The notes beneath the pieces are model-generated. The model was not told where the DNA came from. It made no database searches and was given only the letters and a program-made list of their open reading frames with translations. The position numbers and the translations under genes are program-made. A stretch of 64,000 nucleotides of DNA from Antedon mediterranea (Eukaryota; Animalia; Echinodermata): contig NC_092670.1 in the NCBI RefSeq assembly GCF_964355755.1, positions 36,010,388-36,074,387 on the forward strand, in the 5' to 3' direction. Shown piece by piece: positions 50,081 to 63,419 of the stretch. Numbering within the stretch: position 1 is the first letter of the stretch; every line of letters starts with the position of its first letter.

Positions 50081-51094
50081 TGATGTGACGGAATTACGAT
50101 GTTGACAATTATTAAATTATGGCAAAAACTTTGGTAAAGAAGATGATAATTATGACCTAAATAATGATGATTATTATTATTATTATTTAGGTCTATTCAG
50201 GCAAAAGAAACATTTTACAAATTATAAGCCAACAAATTAAACAAACACGACGCAAGAAGAAAAATTAAAGGTGTACCTCCAACCAGTTACTAGTAATGCT
50301 AATAAAAAATAATCAAAATTAAGCCATAGTTTACATATGTAAAATTAAATTATAAATAAACAACTATAAGATAAAATTATTTTTAATTTACATTAAATTA
50401 TGTTTTAAATTTTAATAATATAATTTTTTTTAAAGTACTATCATATTTTATTCCAATTGTTAATTAACTTAATCAACGGGTAAGTAATGTTCCCTTAGGT
50501 TACTTTTAAATGTACTCCATTTTAATGAGATAAAGGCATTTCTTAAATCCATCCCAAAGTCTACAAAACTTTACAGGTAAGCAATGCAATGCACTATCAG
50601 TCCCAGCTTTAAATCTTTTAAATGTTAATATTTCCTGATGACGATGGTTGATATTTAAGTATTCATTGTTTTTATTTAATGCTTTACATATAAATTAGAT
50701 GATCATTATGATAAGATCATCATCATCATCATCAATGAAAACGATGTTTTTAAAAATGTATGTAGCAATAGGCGTACTAGATAGCATGTATAGAATTGAA
50801 AGAAAATTCTATTTTTTCATTGAAATAAAAGATACAGTAAAATACTACTAAAACATTAAATACGATTGAGGAGTAATTTACTTTGGCACTTTGGCGCTCC
50901 ATACTTGTTGAGCGCCCTCTTTAAAAATTAAGCCTTGTGTGATCGTCGTCGTCGATCGATCATGATCGATTGATCTGAGGAGCAAGTCAAAAAGAATAAT
51001 AAATTATCACAAGCTAATTCACGAGACTGCATTTATTTACTTTACCGCCGGGGCCTAGCTTCTTTAGTGACTAGTCTAGGCTCTTAGTCGGATC

Positions 51095-54000
51095 ATGTCA
51101 ACTTTAAGTGTTGCTGAAGAGAATGAGGCACTCTTGACAATCAATCAAAAGAGGTTGGTATGAAGATAATCCAGTATGGCCTACCTAGCTAGGCCCTACT
51201 AGAGAGATCCCTAGAGAGGGCCTAACCTAATTGCTAGGCCTAGTACAGTAGGCCAGAGGCCTAGAGTAGTAGTAGGCCTACTAGGCCTAGGCCTTGTTTG
51301 TAGCGTTATTATGAGTTTAAGGTAGAGGGCCTACTAAGAAGGATAGCTAGAGAGAGAGGCTAGCCTTGACCTTTCTAGTACTGTAGGCGAGCCTAGCCAA
51401 CAAAGGCTTCATAGAAAAAAATAATTTCTTAATATTTTATTTTAAATTGCCTTTCATTCAGTCAGACGCCATTACACAAGAACCAGTACATAACAACGCT
51501 TGTAGTTCTTCTAGCACCAATTCTCATGGGCTATACTTTAGGTTATTCATCACCAGCATTACCTGATCTTGTTGATAATAAAATACTTACATCCGATGGC
51601 CAACAAGCATGGTTTGGAGTAAGTATTGCATTAGGATGTGGGCGGTGAGAGGGGGTGTAGGTGAAAGGGGGTGAAGGTTGGAGGGGGGAGTTTGATTTGA
51701 ACAAGTTTATTGTGGGGTATAAGGTACGACCATACCGCACTTGACCTTAAGGATTGGTTCCCACTAGGGCGCAGCGCAAAAATATATTAAGCACAATGCA
51801 TGTTATTTGGAACAAATGTTTTAGCAGGAATGTGTTGATATCTTTACTTCTGTTTTGTTAAAAACGTTTTAAAAAAGTTCCTGTATGAACAAATTAAACA
51901 ACCTTTGTATTGATTTTAATAATTCTATATTTTTATTATACATTTTCTAATTCAATTTTTGTTAATAATTTAAAATTTCAGTCCATGGTTGCTATTGGTG
52001 CCATTTTTGGCGGCCCGATTGCCGGTATGTCTATAAACAAGTTAGGTCGCAAGTATTCCGTGATGATATGTGCCTTTCCATATGCAGTCGGATATGCCAT
52101 GATTGCATCGGTGAATAGTGTAGCAGCTCTATACGTTGGACGGATATTGACGGGTGTGGGAGCTGGAATGACATCTTTGGCAACTCCTGTACGTTTTTTT
52201 TAACAATATTGGGTTTCAATTTATTTATTCAAATAACTCCGGCATGCAAGATTCATAAAAAAAAGATAGATACTATAAAGGAACGAAAATGAATGTTTAA
52301 TTTGTAAATCATGAATATTACTGTATTGTGTGGTGTACTGTATGTTTATGTATGTGAAGTTTTTAATTGTTCGTTTTAATTCAAGTTTTAAAAAAAGTGG
52401 GGAATTCATTTGGTTGTGGCAAACTCACAAAAACAATATATAAGTACAAACACAAATATGTACACATACACATTCATTATTGGTCCAGTAACTGAAAATT
52501 TGTCTTTTATTTGTGTCGGTGTTTTCAATTATTCTTAATGTGTGCAATGAAAACTAAAAACTATTTTCATTTCCATTGTGAATTTCAGATATTACAATTA
52601 ATTCAATCCTTCAATTAGTTTCAATTTATTTATACTACATATTTATAAAAAATATGGATTGTGGTTTTGCACACCATACGGATTGTTGAATTCTATGAAT
52701 GCAAGGTGTTTTCAAATGTTTTTTTTCTGCTTCAAAGGTTTACATAGCGGAAGTATCAAGTCCAGATATACGAGGTGCTCTCGGTGCAAGCTTCCAGCTT
52801 TCTGTAACAATAGGTGTTTTTATAGTTAATGTGTTTGGTAAGTATGTGTGAGTAAGTAGAAAATCAACCCCTACTACTCCCTAAGACAGCTACCCCAAAG
52901 ACAACTACTTCACAAGACAGCTACTCCCCAAGACAACTACTTCACAAGACAGCTACCCCAAAGACAACTACTTCACAAGACAGCTACTCCCCAAGACAAC
53001 TACTTCACAAGACAGCTACTCCCCAAGACAACTACTCCCCAAGACAGCTACCCCAAAGACAACTACTCCCCAAGACAGCAGCTGCTTCCAAAGACAGCTA
53101 CTTCACAAGACAGCTACTCCCCAAGACAACTACTCCCCAAGACAACTACTCCCCAAGACAGCTACCCCAAAGACAACTACTCCCCAAGACAGCAGCTGCT
53201 TCCAAAGACAGATACTTCTCAAGACAGCTACTCCCCAAGACAACTACTCCCCAAGACAGCTACCCCAAGACAACTACTCCCCAAGACAGCTACTCCCCAA
53301 GACAGCTACTCCCCAAGACAGCTACTCCCCAAGACAGCTACTTCACAAGACAGCTACCCCAAAGACAACTACTCCCCAAGACAGCAGCTGCTTCCAAAGA
53401 CAGCTACTTCACAAGACAGCTACTCCCCAAGACAACTACTCCCCAAGACAACTACTCCCCAAGACAGCTACCCCAAAGACAACTACTCCCCAAGACAGCA
53501 GCTGCTTCCAAAGACAGATACTTCTCAAGACAGCTACTCCCCAAGACAACTACTCCCCAAGACAGCTACCCCAAGACAACTACTCCCCAAGACAGCTACT
53601 CCCCAAGACAGCTACTCCCCAAGACAGCTACTCCCCAAGACAGCTACTCCCCAAGACAGCTACTCTTACTAAATTTAGTACTATTGATTAAATGTATGTT
53701 TCTTTATTTTGAATTAGGAGTTCCACTTTCCTATGTCTGGTTGGCCAATGTTGGGTGTCTAGTGTGTGCGTTACTGGTTGTACTCATGCTCATTATGCCT
53801 GAAACGCCTCAATACTATATTATGCAACATCAACGTGATAGGGCACTCTCTGTTTTAGTATGGTTACGAGGTCCCAACTATAATTCAGATCGCGAATGTA
53901 GAGAGATTGAAGATAATACTAATTTAAAGAAGGTATGGCTTTTTTTATGTATAAATATATATGACTTGCACTGATGAAGGGCTACTGAAAGCTCTGCTAA

Positions 54001-54166
54001 CTTTTCTGACTGTTTTACTCTATTGTTTTGTTTTAGCTTTTCGCTTTTATTTTGTATCTTTATTGAGATCCAAGCACTGATACCCACAGCATTGTCATTT
54101 TTTCAGTATTTTGCCTTTAGAAATATATATATATATATAAATACGTCGGGCACAGAACATGAATTC

Positions 54167-54210
<44 letters not shown>

Positions 54211-56584
54211 TATGCTAAAATGTAATTAATTTGAAACGATAAAGATGAGGAAATCTGTGAGAACTGGAAAAAGTCACCTCAATCGAGATTCAAACCTGGA
54301 ACCTTGCTTGATATTCAATATATAAATACAATTTTTTTTATCTGTATGTGGATTGGCCCAAATCGGTGTCTATTTGAAATGCTGGGTATTAATAGTAAAA
54401 AATCTTAATTTAATTCGTATGTTAAAAAAAGACCGACACTGTTTTTTAAATTGATACTGCTTGTGTAAAATAATTGTTTAGGCCTTCTTAATACAAATCA
54501 ATTTATGTTTTTCTTTCTTCAGAATGATTTCCAATATAAAGAATTTTTCAATGCTTATTTGTACATACCGTTAACAATTAGCCTGTGTCTGATGGTGTTT
54601 CAACAGTTCAGCGGCATAAACGCTGTCATTTTCTATGGCGTCACAATATTCCAGAGCGCAGCTCCGTCGATTGAAGAGCATGTCGCTTCTATCATCATTA
54701 CCGCTGTTCAAGTTTTGGCTACATTAGTCGCAGTGATTTTAATGGACAGGGCAGGAAGGCGAATACTTTTAATTTTAGCAGGTTTGTCGTTTTTTTCATT
54801 GTTTTGTCATGTTTTTCATTGTTTTGTCATATTTTGTTTTAACAGGACATGTTTTGAAAGTATGTCTGAAACTTCTGCAAATTTTTAGTGTTTTTTAACA
54901 ATTATATGAAATAAAATTTGGAGCCATTTCACCAATAAAAAATGCCATTTTAGAATTCCATTAAATCTTAGTATGTCAAGGTCTGTCTACACTATCACAT
55001 TTTTTTTTCACATAAAGTTTGATAGTGTAGCTTAAGACAATTGCAGATTGAATAAAATAACCTGAGCCTGTGTCGATTGTATATCTATGGTTTGCAGTGC
55101 CCCTACCTTAACGTAGCGTAGCGATGTGACAAAGTTAGCCGTTTGTCCTGCTTTTTACTAGAAAATTTATTCTGCCAAGTTGTCTAAATAGGTGTTTGCT
55201 TTACTATACTTGAAGGAATTGGAATGTGCATAAGCTCAACAACATTTGGTGTTTATTATGATCTGACCAAAAACAGTACGTCATCTGCCAACGTGTCGTT
55301 GACAAATACCGACTTGGGAGACTCGCATACTCCAGATCTCACTTGGCTGTCCATGATGAGTATGATCATCTACATCACAGCGTTCTCCCTTGGTTGGGGC
55401 GCAATACCATGGCTGATCATGTCTGAGATTTTTCCAACCAGGGCACGGGGAGCAGCGAGTTCAATAGCTACGGCTGTCAACTGGACTTGTGCTTTTATAG
55501 TAACAAAGGAGTTCTTTGATATGGAAGTAAGTGTGTTTTTTTAATGAAATTTTAACCAGTGAGTGAGTGACCTTTGGACAAAATACATTAGTGACCTATG
55601 ACCCACAAACGGTACAACATGTTAATTAATTCATTCATGCACTATTGGGATCATTAGATTGATGCTTCTTCAATCGATTTCTCGATACAGTTTTGATAGA
55701 TCCAGACAATGACCAATGACGCAAAATACGAGACCTTTTGACCTAGGAACTGGTTACAACATGTTCACTCACTGTGCACATATTTGGAACGTTAAGATGT
55801 GTGCTTCCTCAATCGCTTCCTCGCTTACAGTTTTTGACAACCAATGACACAAAATTTGAGGTCATAGGTTGTCAAGAGCTTCCTATTATCTGAAGTCGCT
55901 TCTCACAGAAAAATTGAATATCACCTAGTTCAGTAGCTGTAACAAATAAATCGAGAAAAAATATTATAAATACAAAAGCCGTCATAAAAAAGTGACCATT
56001 TTTATTCCCCATTCTTTCTAGAACAGCTTACTTACAAACAGAAAAAAGAAAAACTGCTTTAACAAAATACATTTACCGATGCTTTGGATTTGAAATAAAA
56101 TGTTACAGTGCCCTCTATTTTATGGTTGTAATCGCCGCTATGTTCTATGGTATTGCAATCTTTCAAAGTGCAGCGCCAGCATGTCTTCTCTATCAATACC
56201 ATTGTATTAATATTTTGCATATAATTTGCATAAATGCTATGACACCAAACCTCAAATGACAAGTAAATCAGCCGTACCAAAATCACATATTACTAAAGTT
56301 ATATTGTGCATGCAATGATTAAAGGTTAATATTAACTTTGGTTTTTATTTTCTCTCGGTTGACAGAAGGGTGCTTGCAAAGTTATTTTATTATCTTCTTT
56401 TTCGCAGAGTGCTATGACAAGTGCGGGAGTTTTCTGGTTTTATGGCGGTGTCTGTTTAGTTGGCGTTATATTTGTCGTTGTTTGCGTTCCTGAAACAAAA
56501 GGAAAAACGCTAGAAGAAATATCTGAGTATTTTTCAAGGGACCAAAAAATTCTGGATTTCCCAATTGCGGAACAGATAACTTAG
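51095..56584 (+). CDS. SLC2A8: Class III sugar porter (SLC2A8/GLUT8-like), paralog B, 8 exons
   Basis: Exons 51095-51153, 51462-51618, 51982-52188, 52738-52837, 53718-53932, 54523-54781, 55216-55526, 56408-56584. N-terminal ENEALL dileucine, QQFSGINAVIFY, N-glycosylation sequons in the late exofacial loop, SLGWGAIPWLIMSE, PETKGKTLEEI. The symbol is family-level (SLC2A8/6/Tret1). Confidence 0.92.
52870..53665. repeat. 18-19-bp tandem satellite AAGACA(G/A)CTACTCCCC with higher-order duplication
   Basis: About 40 units; the variant CAGCAGCTGCTTCC recurs at ~53076, 53190, 53383, 53496 (period ~307 bp). Confidence 0.92.
53964..54125 (+). mobile_element. Penelope-type hammerhead repeat (stem II partly deleted)
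   Basis: ACTTGCACTGATGAAGGGCTACTGAAAGCTCTGC plus the shared body. Confidence 0.7.
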
Positions 56585-56689
56585 TTTTAGTTGTCTAGCT
56601 AAATCGTTTTGTTAAAATTATCATGCATAAAAATTCAAAGAACTTGGATGTTGAAAGGGTAACATTAGAAATGTTTTATTTTTTTTAAT

Positions 56690-56960
56690 TTGTGGGCAAG
56701 GATCACCAATAGTAAATGAATCACTGTCCTATCAGATAGGTGGTAATCCCCCTGATGCAGAGGCTATATTGTAAACCAGTTCACCTGGGTAACCCCTACT
56801 CGTCTCGAATGATAAACTGGGTTTTTTAAAGTATGCACAGGTTATAACTGTACACTGGACAGTTTATAGAACCATGTAGCGAGTCGGCCTCTGACCGTTG
56901 CCGATATTGTTGGCTCTTTAGGTACGATAAATGATGCCCCTGCCTTAACCGTTCGGCCAT
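56690..56960 (-). mobile_element. tRNA-derived SINE (related to the 5258 element)
   Basis: Minus-strand A box TGGCCGAACGGTTAAGGC and TTTAAAAAACCCAGT..TCGAGACGAGTAGGG. Confidence 0.55.
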
Positions 56961-57428
56961 TTGTCTATTAATACCATTTCAAATATCTTCAATAAAAAGT
57001 TCCATTAAATTGTTATAAAAACAAGAGATTATATTACATCATTTATGACATCACAAAAAGAAGACAAAGCAATAGAGCATAACAATTGATATTAAAGGTT
57101 TTAGACGTTTTATTTCACAACGTTTGCCACTTAAATTTGATTAAGTTTGATGTTGGTACCTTTCAAACCAAAACACTGGTGTGTCCCTGTAGTTCGCTCT
57201 CCGGAGAATTTGCAGCTGTTCAACCACGCTGTTTTGAACTCAAGAGTTGCTTGATTTTATCTTTCACACCAAAACACAAGGGCGTCAAGTCCGGATTGTC
57301 TCCGGAGTTTTGCTTTTGGTGTCAAAGAGGTATTTGACACTGGTGACTCGTCTTCAAATAGCAACAAAATACATGCTTCCTATCATATCTCAGTACTGTA
57401 TATAGTATCTGAACAACATGGTATGTAA

Positions 57429-57709
57429 AGCTCTGTCTACATTATCAAACTTTATGTGATAATGTTTTGCTTTTATGCCTAATGAGACGTTCCCATATAT
57501 GGACATGATGTCATATCACTACCATATTTAGGTATATCATTACCATATTTGGGTATATCATTACCATATTTGGGCATATCACTACCATATTTGGGTATAT
57601 CACTACCATATTTGGGTATATCATTACCATATTTGGGCATATCACCACCATATTTGGGTATATCACTACCATATTTGGGTGCATCACACTTTTTTTTGTC
57701 AAACTAGAT
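57429..57709. mobile_element. MITE family A with internal 21-bp unit expanded to 8 copies
   Basis: AGCTCTGTCTACATTATCAAACT start; ATATCA(C/T)TACCATATTTGGG(T/C) x8 at 57513-57680. Confidence 0.85.
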
Positions 57710-58597
57710 TGAATATTTAAACGCGTCATTGCCCAAGTGAAATTTTTTGGGTAAATTTTCATTCTAATTTTAATCATGGTCCAATACCAAATTTATACCA
57801 ATGCCAAATTTATACTACTTGAATTTGTAAATATTATTTAGATATTAGATTTTTATTCAATTGATTTTTTCTCAATTTATTTTTATATTTGACCACTTGA
57901 CCGGCATTAATTTGTTTTAAAAATTATATATGGGAATTGAAAACTTATCGTTGTATAGATTGTAAAAAAAAATTGTGGCGGTTGTGTATGAAAGGCACAA
58001 GTGAAGAGTAGATAATTCTTGATTTAAAAGAGAAATAGGAAAGATAAGCCCCTTTCACACAGAGCTTTAAGACTGTAATATTGTGGTAATTCGTGAACGC
58101 CGGCCTATATAGTAGTACAGTAGAATCAGCCTTCTTTGGGCACCCATATTCAGGGCCAACTTTCCCATGAAAAGAATGAGTGGCGGTAATTCTGAAGACA
58201 GCCCTAAGGCGAAAATGTGTTGCCGTCCCCAATGTGTCCCCTTAATATAGATTATACAGTGTACATCCAAATTATCAGTTGCATTGTGTAAATTGAAAAA
58301 TTGTGTTGCGCAAATTAAAAACCGCACGTTACAGTATAGTTTACATTGTCCAATCATGGATGTAGATTCAATTGAGTAATACTGTGGTCCTTTAAGGGTG
58401 AAAGTACAGTACATTATATATAGTTAACTCATGGAGGTACCTGTATAACAATTTTTATACCTCCATGGTTAACTTAATTATATTAGAGTGCTATATATAT
58501 ATATATATATATATATTAAGCGCACGTGTTTCCACCACAGAGGAGACTAAAATGGTGGGCTATAGTTTATGAATGGAGTACTGATTTTAGTGAATAA

Positions 58598-58732
58598 AGC
58601 TTGGTTCCCACAAGAGACGCAACGCAAGGACATAAGCGCAACGTGGATGATTTGACCAATCACAAGCGATGGATTATTCTCGCTTGCGTTGCGTGTACGT
58701 CCTTGGGTTGCGTCTCTAGTGGGAACCAAGCA
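58598..58732. mobile_element. MITE family B (short variant)
   Basis: AGCTTGGTTCCCAC...GTGGGAACCAAGC with TAA/TTA flanks. Confidence 0.78.
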
Positions 58733-59811
58733 TTAAAGTGGGGCGTGTCACACTTGAGTTAGGTGTAACTGTAACATAGTTTAATGTTGACGAAGTAAGA
58801 AATAATTGTATTCCAATAAAATAAATTAATGCAATCCAAATATTATGTTTAGTCTGTTAATTTGAATTAAATTTGTTTATAGAAATAACACTGCATTTCT
58901 ATATTCTATTGCATAATTACGTGTACTTTCACACATATGCCCCTAATGCTTAAAGAAGTATTCTCCCACCTCCCCCACCCCCATAATAGGTTATTTTGTT
59001 TTAAAAAATCCCTTCCGTAAAAAAAACGAATAAAAATAATGCTTTCTCATATAAAAGGACAACATAATGGTCAAATTCATTAAAAAAAATCCATTGGCTG
59101 GCAGCCAATTTGACTGGTTTTCAGGTAAATACGTTTTTTTATGCGACATTAAAATGGCATATTCAGCAACAACAAAAATGTATAAAAAATATTTTTTCAG
59201 GGGACAATACATCTATACATGTATGTGTGTGGGCTTTACGCATATGCTTTGTTGAAACCATTCCTTTCTGCATAATATACGCGTAGATTTAGGAATCGAT
59301 AATTTATTGATTACAGTTTCAGAATAGAAGTGAATTGTTGTGTTGTTTGGAGCATTTAATTATGAAATGTCGAAAATTAATCCTTTAATCCGACGTGTTT
59401 GTTTTACATTGACAATAACAATGCAGTATACAAGTGACTATTGTATGTCAATAGTTAAATCGTAATTGAAATAGACCCACAATTAATTAACTATGCATTA
59501 ACATGATTAAATTAAAACAATTAATGGCCATTATCATTACTGATTCTCCCCCTCTGCAATGGACGTGGAATTGTACATAAATCAAATATATAAACGTTAC
59601 AAATGATATACATTAAAATAAAATCGTTGATAGGATATCTACGTGTTTGTTTAATAAGAATGATCAAAATATAATATCTTGATTGGATACCGACCATTTT
59701 ATTGAGATGGTTTCATTTCATTTACTTATTTTACCAAAAAACAATAAACAAATGACAGGAAAAACAAAAGAGGCCTAGGTCACTAGACTGAATGAGTCTA
59801 TATAATCTAAA

Positions 59812-59985
59812 AATATAAATCCAAAGGCAAATTACTGAAAAAAAAATGACAATGCTGTGGGTATCAGTGGCTGGATCTCAATGGAGATACAAAAATAAAA
59901 AGCGAAAAGCTAAATCAAAAAAAGTAAACAGCCAGAAAAGTTAGCAGAGCTTTCGGGCAACACTAGCCCTTCATCAGTGCAAGTG
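59812..59985 (-). ncRNA. Penelope-type repeat with intact minimal type I hammerhead core (59944-59981)
   Basis: Minus strand: GCA-CTGATGA-A-GGGC-TAGTGTT-GCCC-GAAA-GCTC-TGC. Confidence 0.78.
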
Positions 59986-60019
59986 AAGGAATTTGGATAA
60001 CGTCATAGTATATTTATAT

Positions 60020-60410
60020 CGTACAATTATGAAAAGCGCTATTTACAATAAAATGCAATTACCAGTTTAGGCCTATACAATTTTAAAATTTCAAGAATTT
60101 AAATTGAAAAACACACAGTAGTATTAGGTCGTGATTAATTTACTGTTTTATTATTATTATCTGTAGTTAGTCCGATCGTTATAACTTACGTTACTGGCTC
60201 CCACTCTTTTGAATTTTGGTACAATGAAAAGCGCTATTTACAATAAATTACGGATAATATTTAGAAATTTTACGTTAAAAATATGAAATTTAAAAAACAA
60301 TAGTATTCGTAAGGCCTAAATGATTAATTTACTATTTGTGTTTATATTATCTTTAGTTAGTCCGATCGTATTAAATTATGTTACTGGCTCCTACTCCTTT
60401 AAATATTGGT
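60020..60410. repeat. Tandem duplication of a ~195-bp unit
   Basis: ATGAAAAGCGCTATTTACAATAAA..TGATTAATTTACT..TAGTTAGTCCGATCGT..GTTACTGGCTCC occurs twice. Confidence 0.8.
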
Positions 60411-61236
60411 TAATAAAAAAAAACCATTACTATAAACAAAATGTAATAAGATTTCTGTATAAACGCCCCCGCGGTTTATGCACATTATTATATTATTGAT
60501 AAAAACATAACAGATGTTTGGTTCTATCAAACACATCCGTAAAAACTGAATATTATTTAATTCATAATGTCATAATTATTGTAATAGAATTAAAAAATAT
60601 AATATATCCGCTTAATGTTGTATTCTTACCCAAAAACATGAACAATTAAGTTTATTTAAATCTGATTTTGAAGCTATTTGTAGTTTTAATAAAGTTAATC
60701 ACTTTCGTAGAAAACAAAATTTAAAAAAATAGTTTTCACTTATAAAATGACAAAATAAATGTTTACATTTATTTTGCTGGGCAAACACGTGCTGTAAAAA
60801 TAAAAATAAAAAAAACAATATATATTTAAACAATATTTATAATTTCGTTCAGTCATCATCATCATATTTAACCATTGTCATAAATGGTATTAATCATCAT
60901 CGCCACATAAACAAATAAAACAGTTAATAATTTTTCATAAATAAAAAACAAGCGATCAAACTCAAACTGAAATTATAACGCAAATCATCATCATCATGTG
61001 ACAATGTGTGACGTGGATCACACACAAAAAAAAAAGAAGCTACCAGTAGCTATGAACCGAGCCGAGTATATTAACGGATTAGCGCAAGTACCTGGATGAA
61101 ATCTGTTCTTCCAAACCGAGTATATCTACAACAGAATCAATACCAGCCGGTTGTTTTCCTGAGCGGTTGTTATTTTTGTAGTATCACCGACTTTTTGTAA
61201 TTTTATATTTTTCCTAATTTATAAAACGATTTAAAA

Positions 61237-63113
61237 ATGCGTGAAATTGTTCATATTCAAGTTGGGCAATGCGGAAATCAAATTGGTTCTAAGGTGAGAT
61301 CGATTTTACTTAAATATTAAGCCTAATATTATATTAGTAGGAATAAGTTACCATACGCTGGCTAATATTTTATATACAAGAAATGATTTGGTAGAACTGA
61401 TATATATTAAATTATTTCTGCTAAACGGAAAGTGTTAAAATATTACTCGTGTATACAGTAATATTAGGTTTCCAATTTTCTTTGCGGTACCAGCATTTTT
61501 TATCTAGGCACTTTCACCATATTACGCATTATATATATTTTTCCCAATAGTAATTGCATATTATGTTACAGTATTTAACTTTTTTGTTATATAGGCCTAG
61601 TTATATTGCATAACAATTTTTGTAACTATAGGCCTACTACTTGTGTGTATAGTCAGTCTTTTAGGCCTTTTTGCTTCAATTCTTTGCAATCCGATCTGCT
61701 TGGCCTTACTTCCAAGCCTTTTTAGTTCTTGCCTTGTATTTCTAAAGCGATTCGAAAAACTGCTGATTGTAGCTATGCCTTCTATTTCCAATTGATCAGT
61801 AAAAGTTTATTTTAAATTTCTTTCAGTTCTGGGAAGTAGTTTCTGATGAACATGGAATTGACCCAAATGGAAGCTATCATGGAGACTCTGATCTTCAACT
61901 TGAACGTATCGACGTCTATTACAGTGAAGGAACTGGTGGCAAGTACGTTCCAAGAGCTGTTCTTGTTGATCTAGAACCAGGCACCATGGACTCTGTCCGG
62001 TCGAGTCCTTTGGGCGCCAATTTCAAACCAGACAACTTTGTGTTTGGCAGAAGTGGGGCTGGGAACAACTGGGCCAAAGGTCATTACACAGAAGGAGCTG
62101 AATTGGTTGAAGGCGTCATTGAAGTTGTCAGAAAAGAAACGGAGAACTGTGATTGTATCCAAGGCTTTCAGTTGACGCACTCTTTAGGTGGTGGTACTGG
62201 ATCTGGTATGGGAACGCTCCTCACCAATAAGATTAGAGAGGAATATCCAGATAGGATCATGAGTACGTTCAGCGTCGTGCCATCACCTAAGGTATCAAAT
62301 ACCGTCGTAGAACCTTACAATGCCACGTTGTCTGTACATCAACTTCTTGAGAATACAGATCAGACATACTGTATTGACAACGAGGCACTTTACGACATCT
62401 GCTTTCGAACTTTGAAGCTCGCAACACCAACATATGGAGATTTGAATCACCTTGTGTCTGCAACAATGAGTGGCGTAACGACTTGCTTAAGATTCCCTGG
62501 CCAACTTAATGCTGATCTAAGAAAATTGGCTGTTAATATGGTACCATTCCCACGTCTGCACTTCTTTATGCCAGGGTTTGCACCTCTGACAAGTCGTGGC
62601 AGTCAACAGTATCGTGCTCTCACAGTTGCAGAACTGACGCAGCAGATGTTTGACTCCAAGAACATGATGGCAGCATGCGATCCTAGACATGGTCGGTACC
62701 TGACAGCGGCTGCCATTTTCAGAGGACGCATGTCAATGAAAGAGGTAGACGAACAAGTCATGAACATTCAGAATCGTAACACCAGTTACTTCGTTGAATG
62801 GATTCCAAACAACGTCAAAACTGCGGCTTGTGACATCGCACCCAGAGGCCTTAAGATGTCCGTTACCTTCATCGGCAACAATACCGCCATTCAAGAGTTG
62901 TTTAAGCGAATTTCTGAGCAGTTCACGGCTATGTTCCGTCGTAAGGCGTTCCTTCATTGGTATACTGGAGAGGGCATGGATGAGATGGAATTTACGGAAG
63001 CAGAGAGTAACATGAATGATCTTGTGTCAGAGTTGCAGCAATACCAAGATGCCACAGCAGAGGACACAGTGTCACCATTCGAGGAAGAGGATGCAGGAGA
63101 AGAAGATTATTAG
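61237..63113 (+). CDS. TUBB: Beta-tubulin, divergent isotype, 447 aa, 2 exons
   Basis: Exon 1 61237-61293 ([19 protein letters not shown]), exon 2 61827-63113; [18 protein letters not shown], acidic tail. Confidence 0.97.
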
Positions 63114-63275
63114 AGATCATACTTGTGCAATAATAAAATAATGTTTTCTTACTAAAATTTATTATATCTGTAATTTATCCGAAAATCTTTAGTTGTATAA
63201 ACATTAATTGTAGATATCTTAAAACCACAATATCTGTTTTGTGTATACAGTTATGTATAATTTTGTGGAGGATCC

Positions 63276-63419
63276 AGTGGCCGTATTCACCACCAATCAC
63301 ACTTAAGTGAGATATTTTCTAACTCAATGAATAAGTATTTCCCTTAAATTGTATTCACTTAAATATGAGTTTTAATTTAAGAGTGCTTAGCTAAAGTGTG
63401 AATGGTAAATATGGCCACA
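63276..63419. mobile_element. Small MITE, same family as 26932
   Basis: CAGTGGCCGTATTCACC..CACACTTAAGTGAGATATTT...AAATATGGCCAC. Confidence 0.7.

Noticed and set aside
54170-54205. ~36-nt poly-C run
   Set aside because: It is an expansion of a short GGGCGG in the related repeat copy at ~6190, and homopolymer length is unreliable.
57511-57777. ORF with YPNMVVI repeats; CRISPR-like periodicity
   Set aside because: It is a 21-bp tandem unit inside a MITE, with no unique spacers, in a eukaryotic context.
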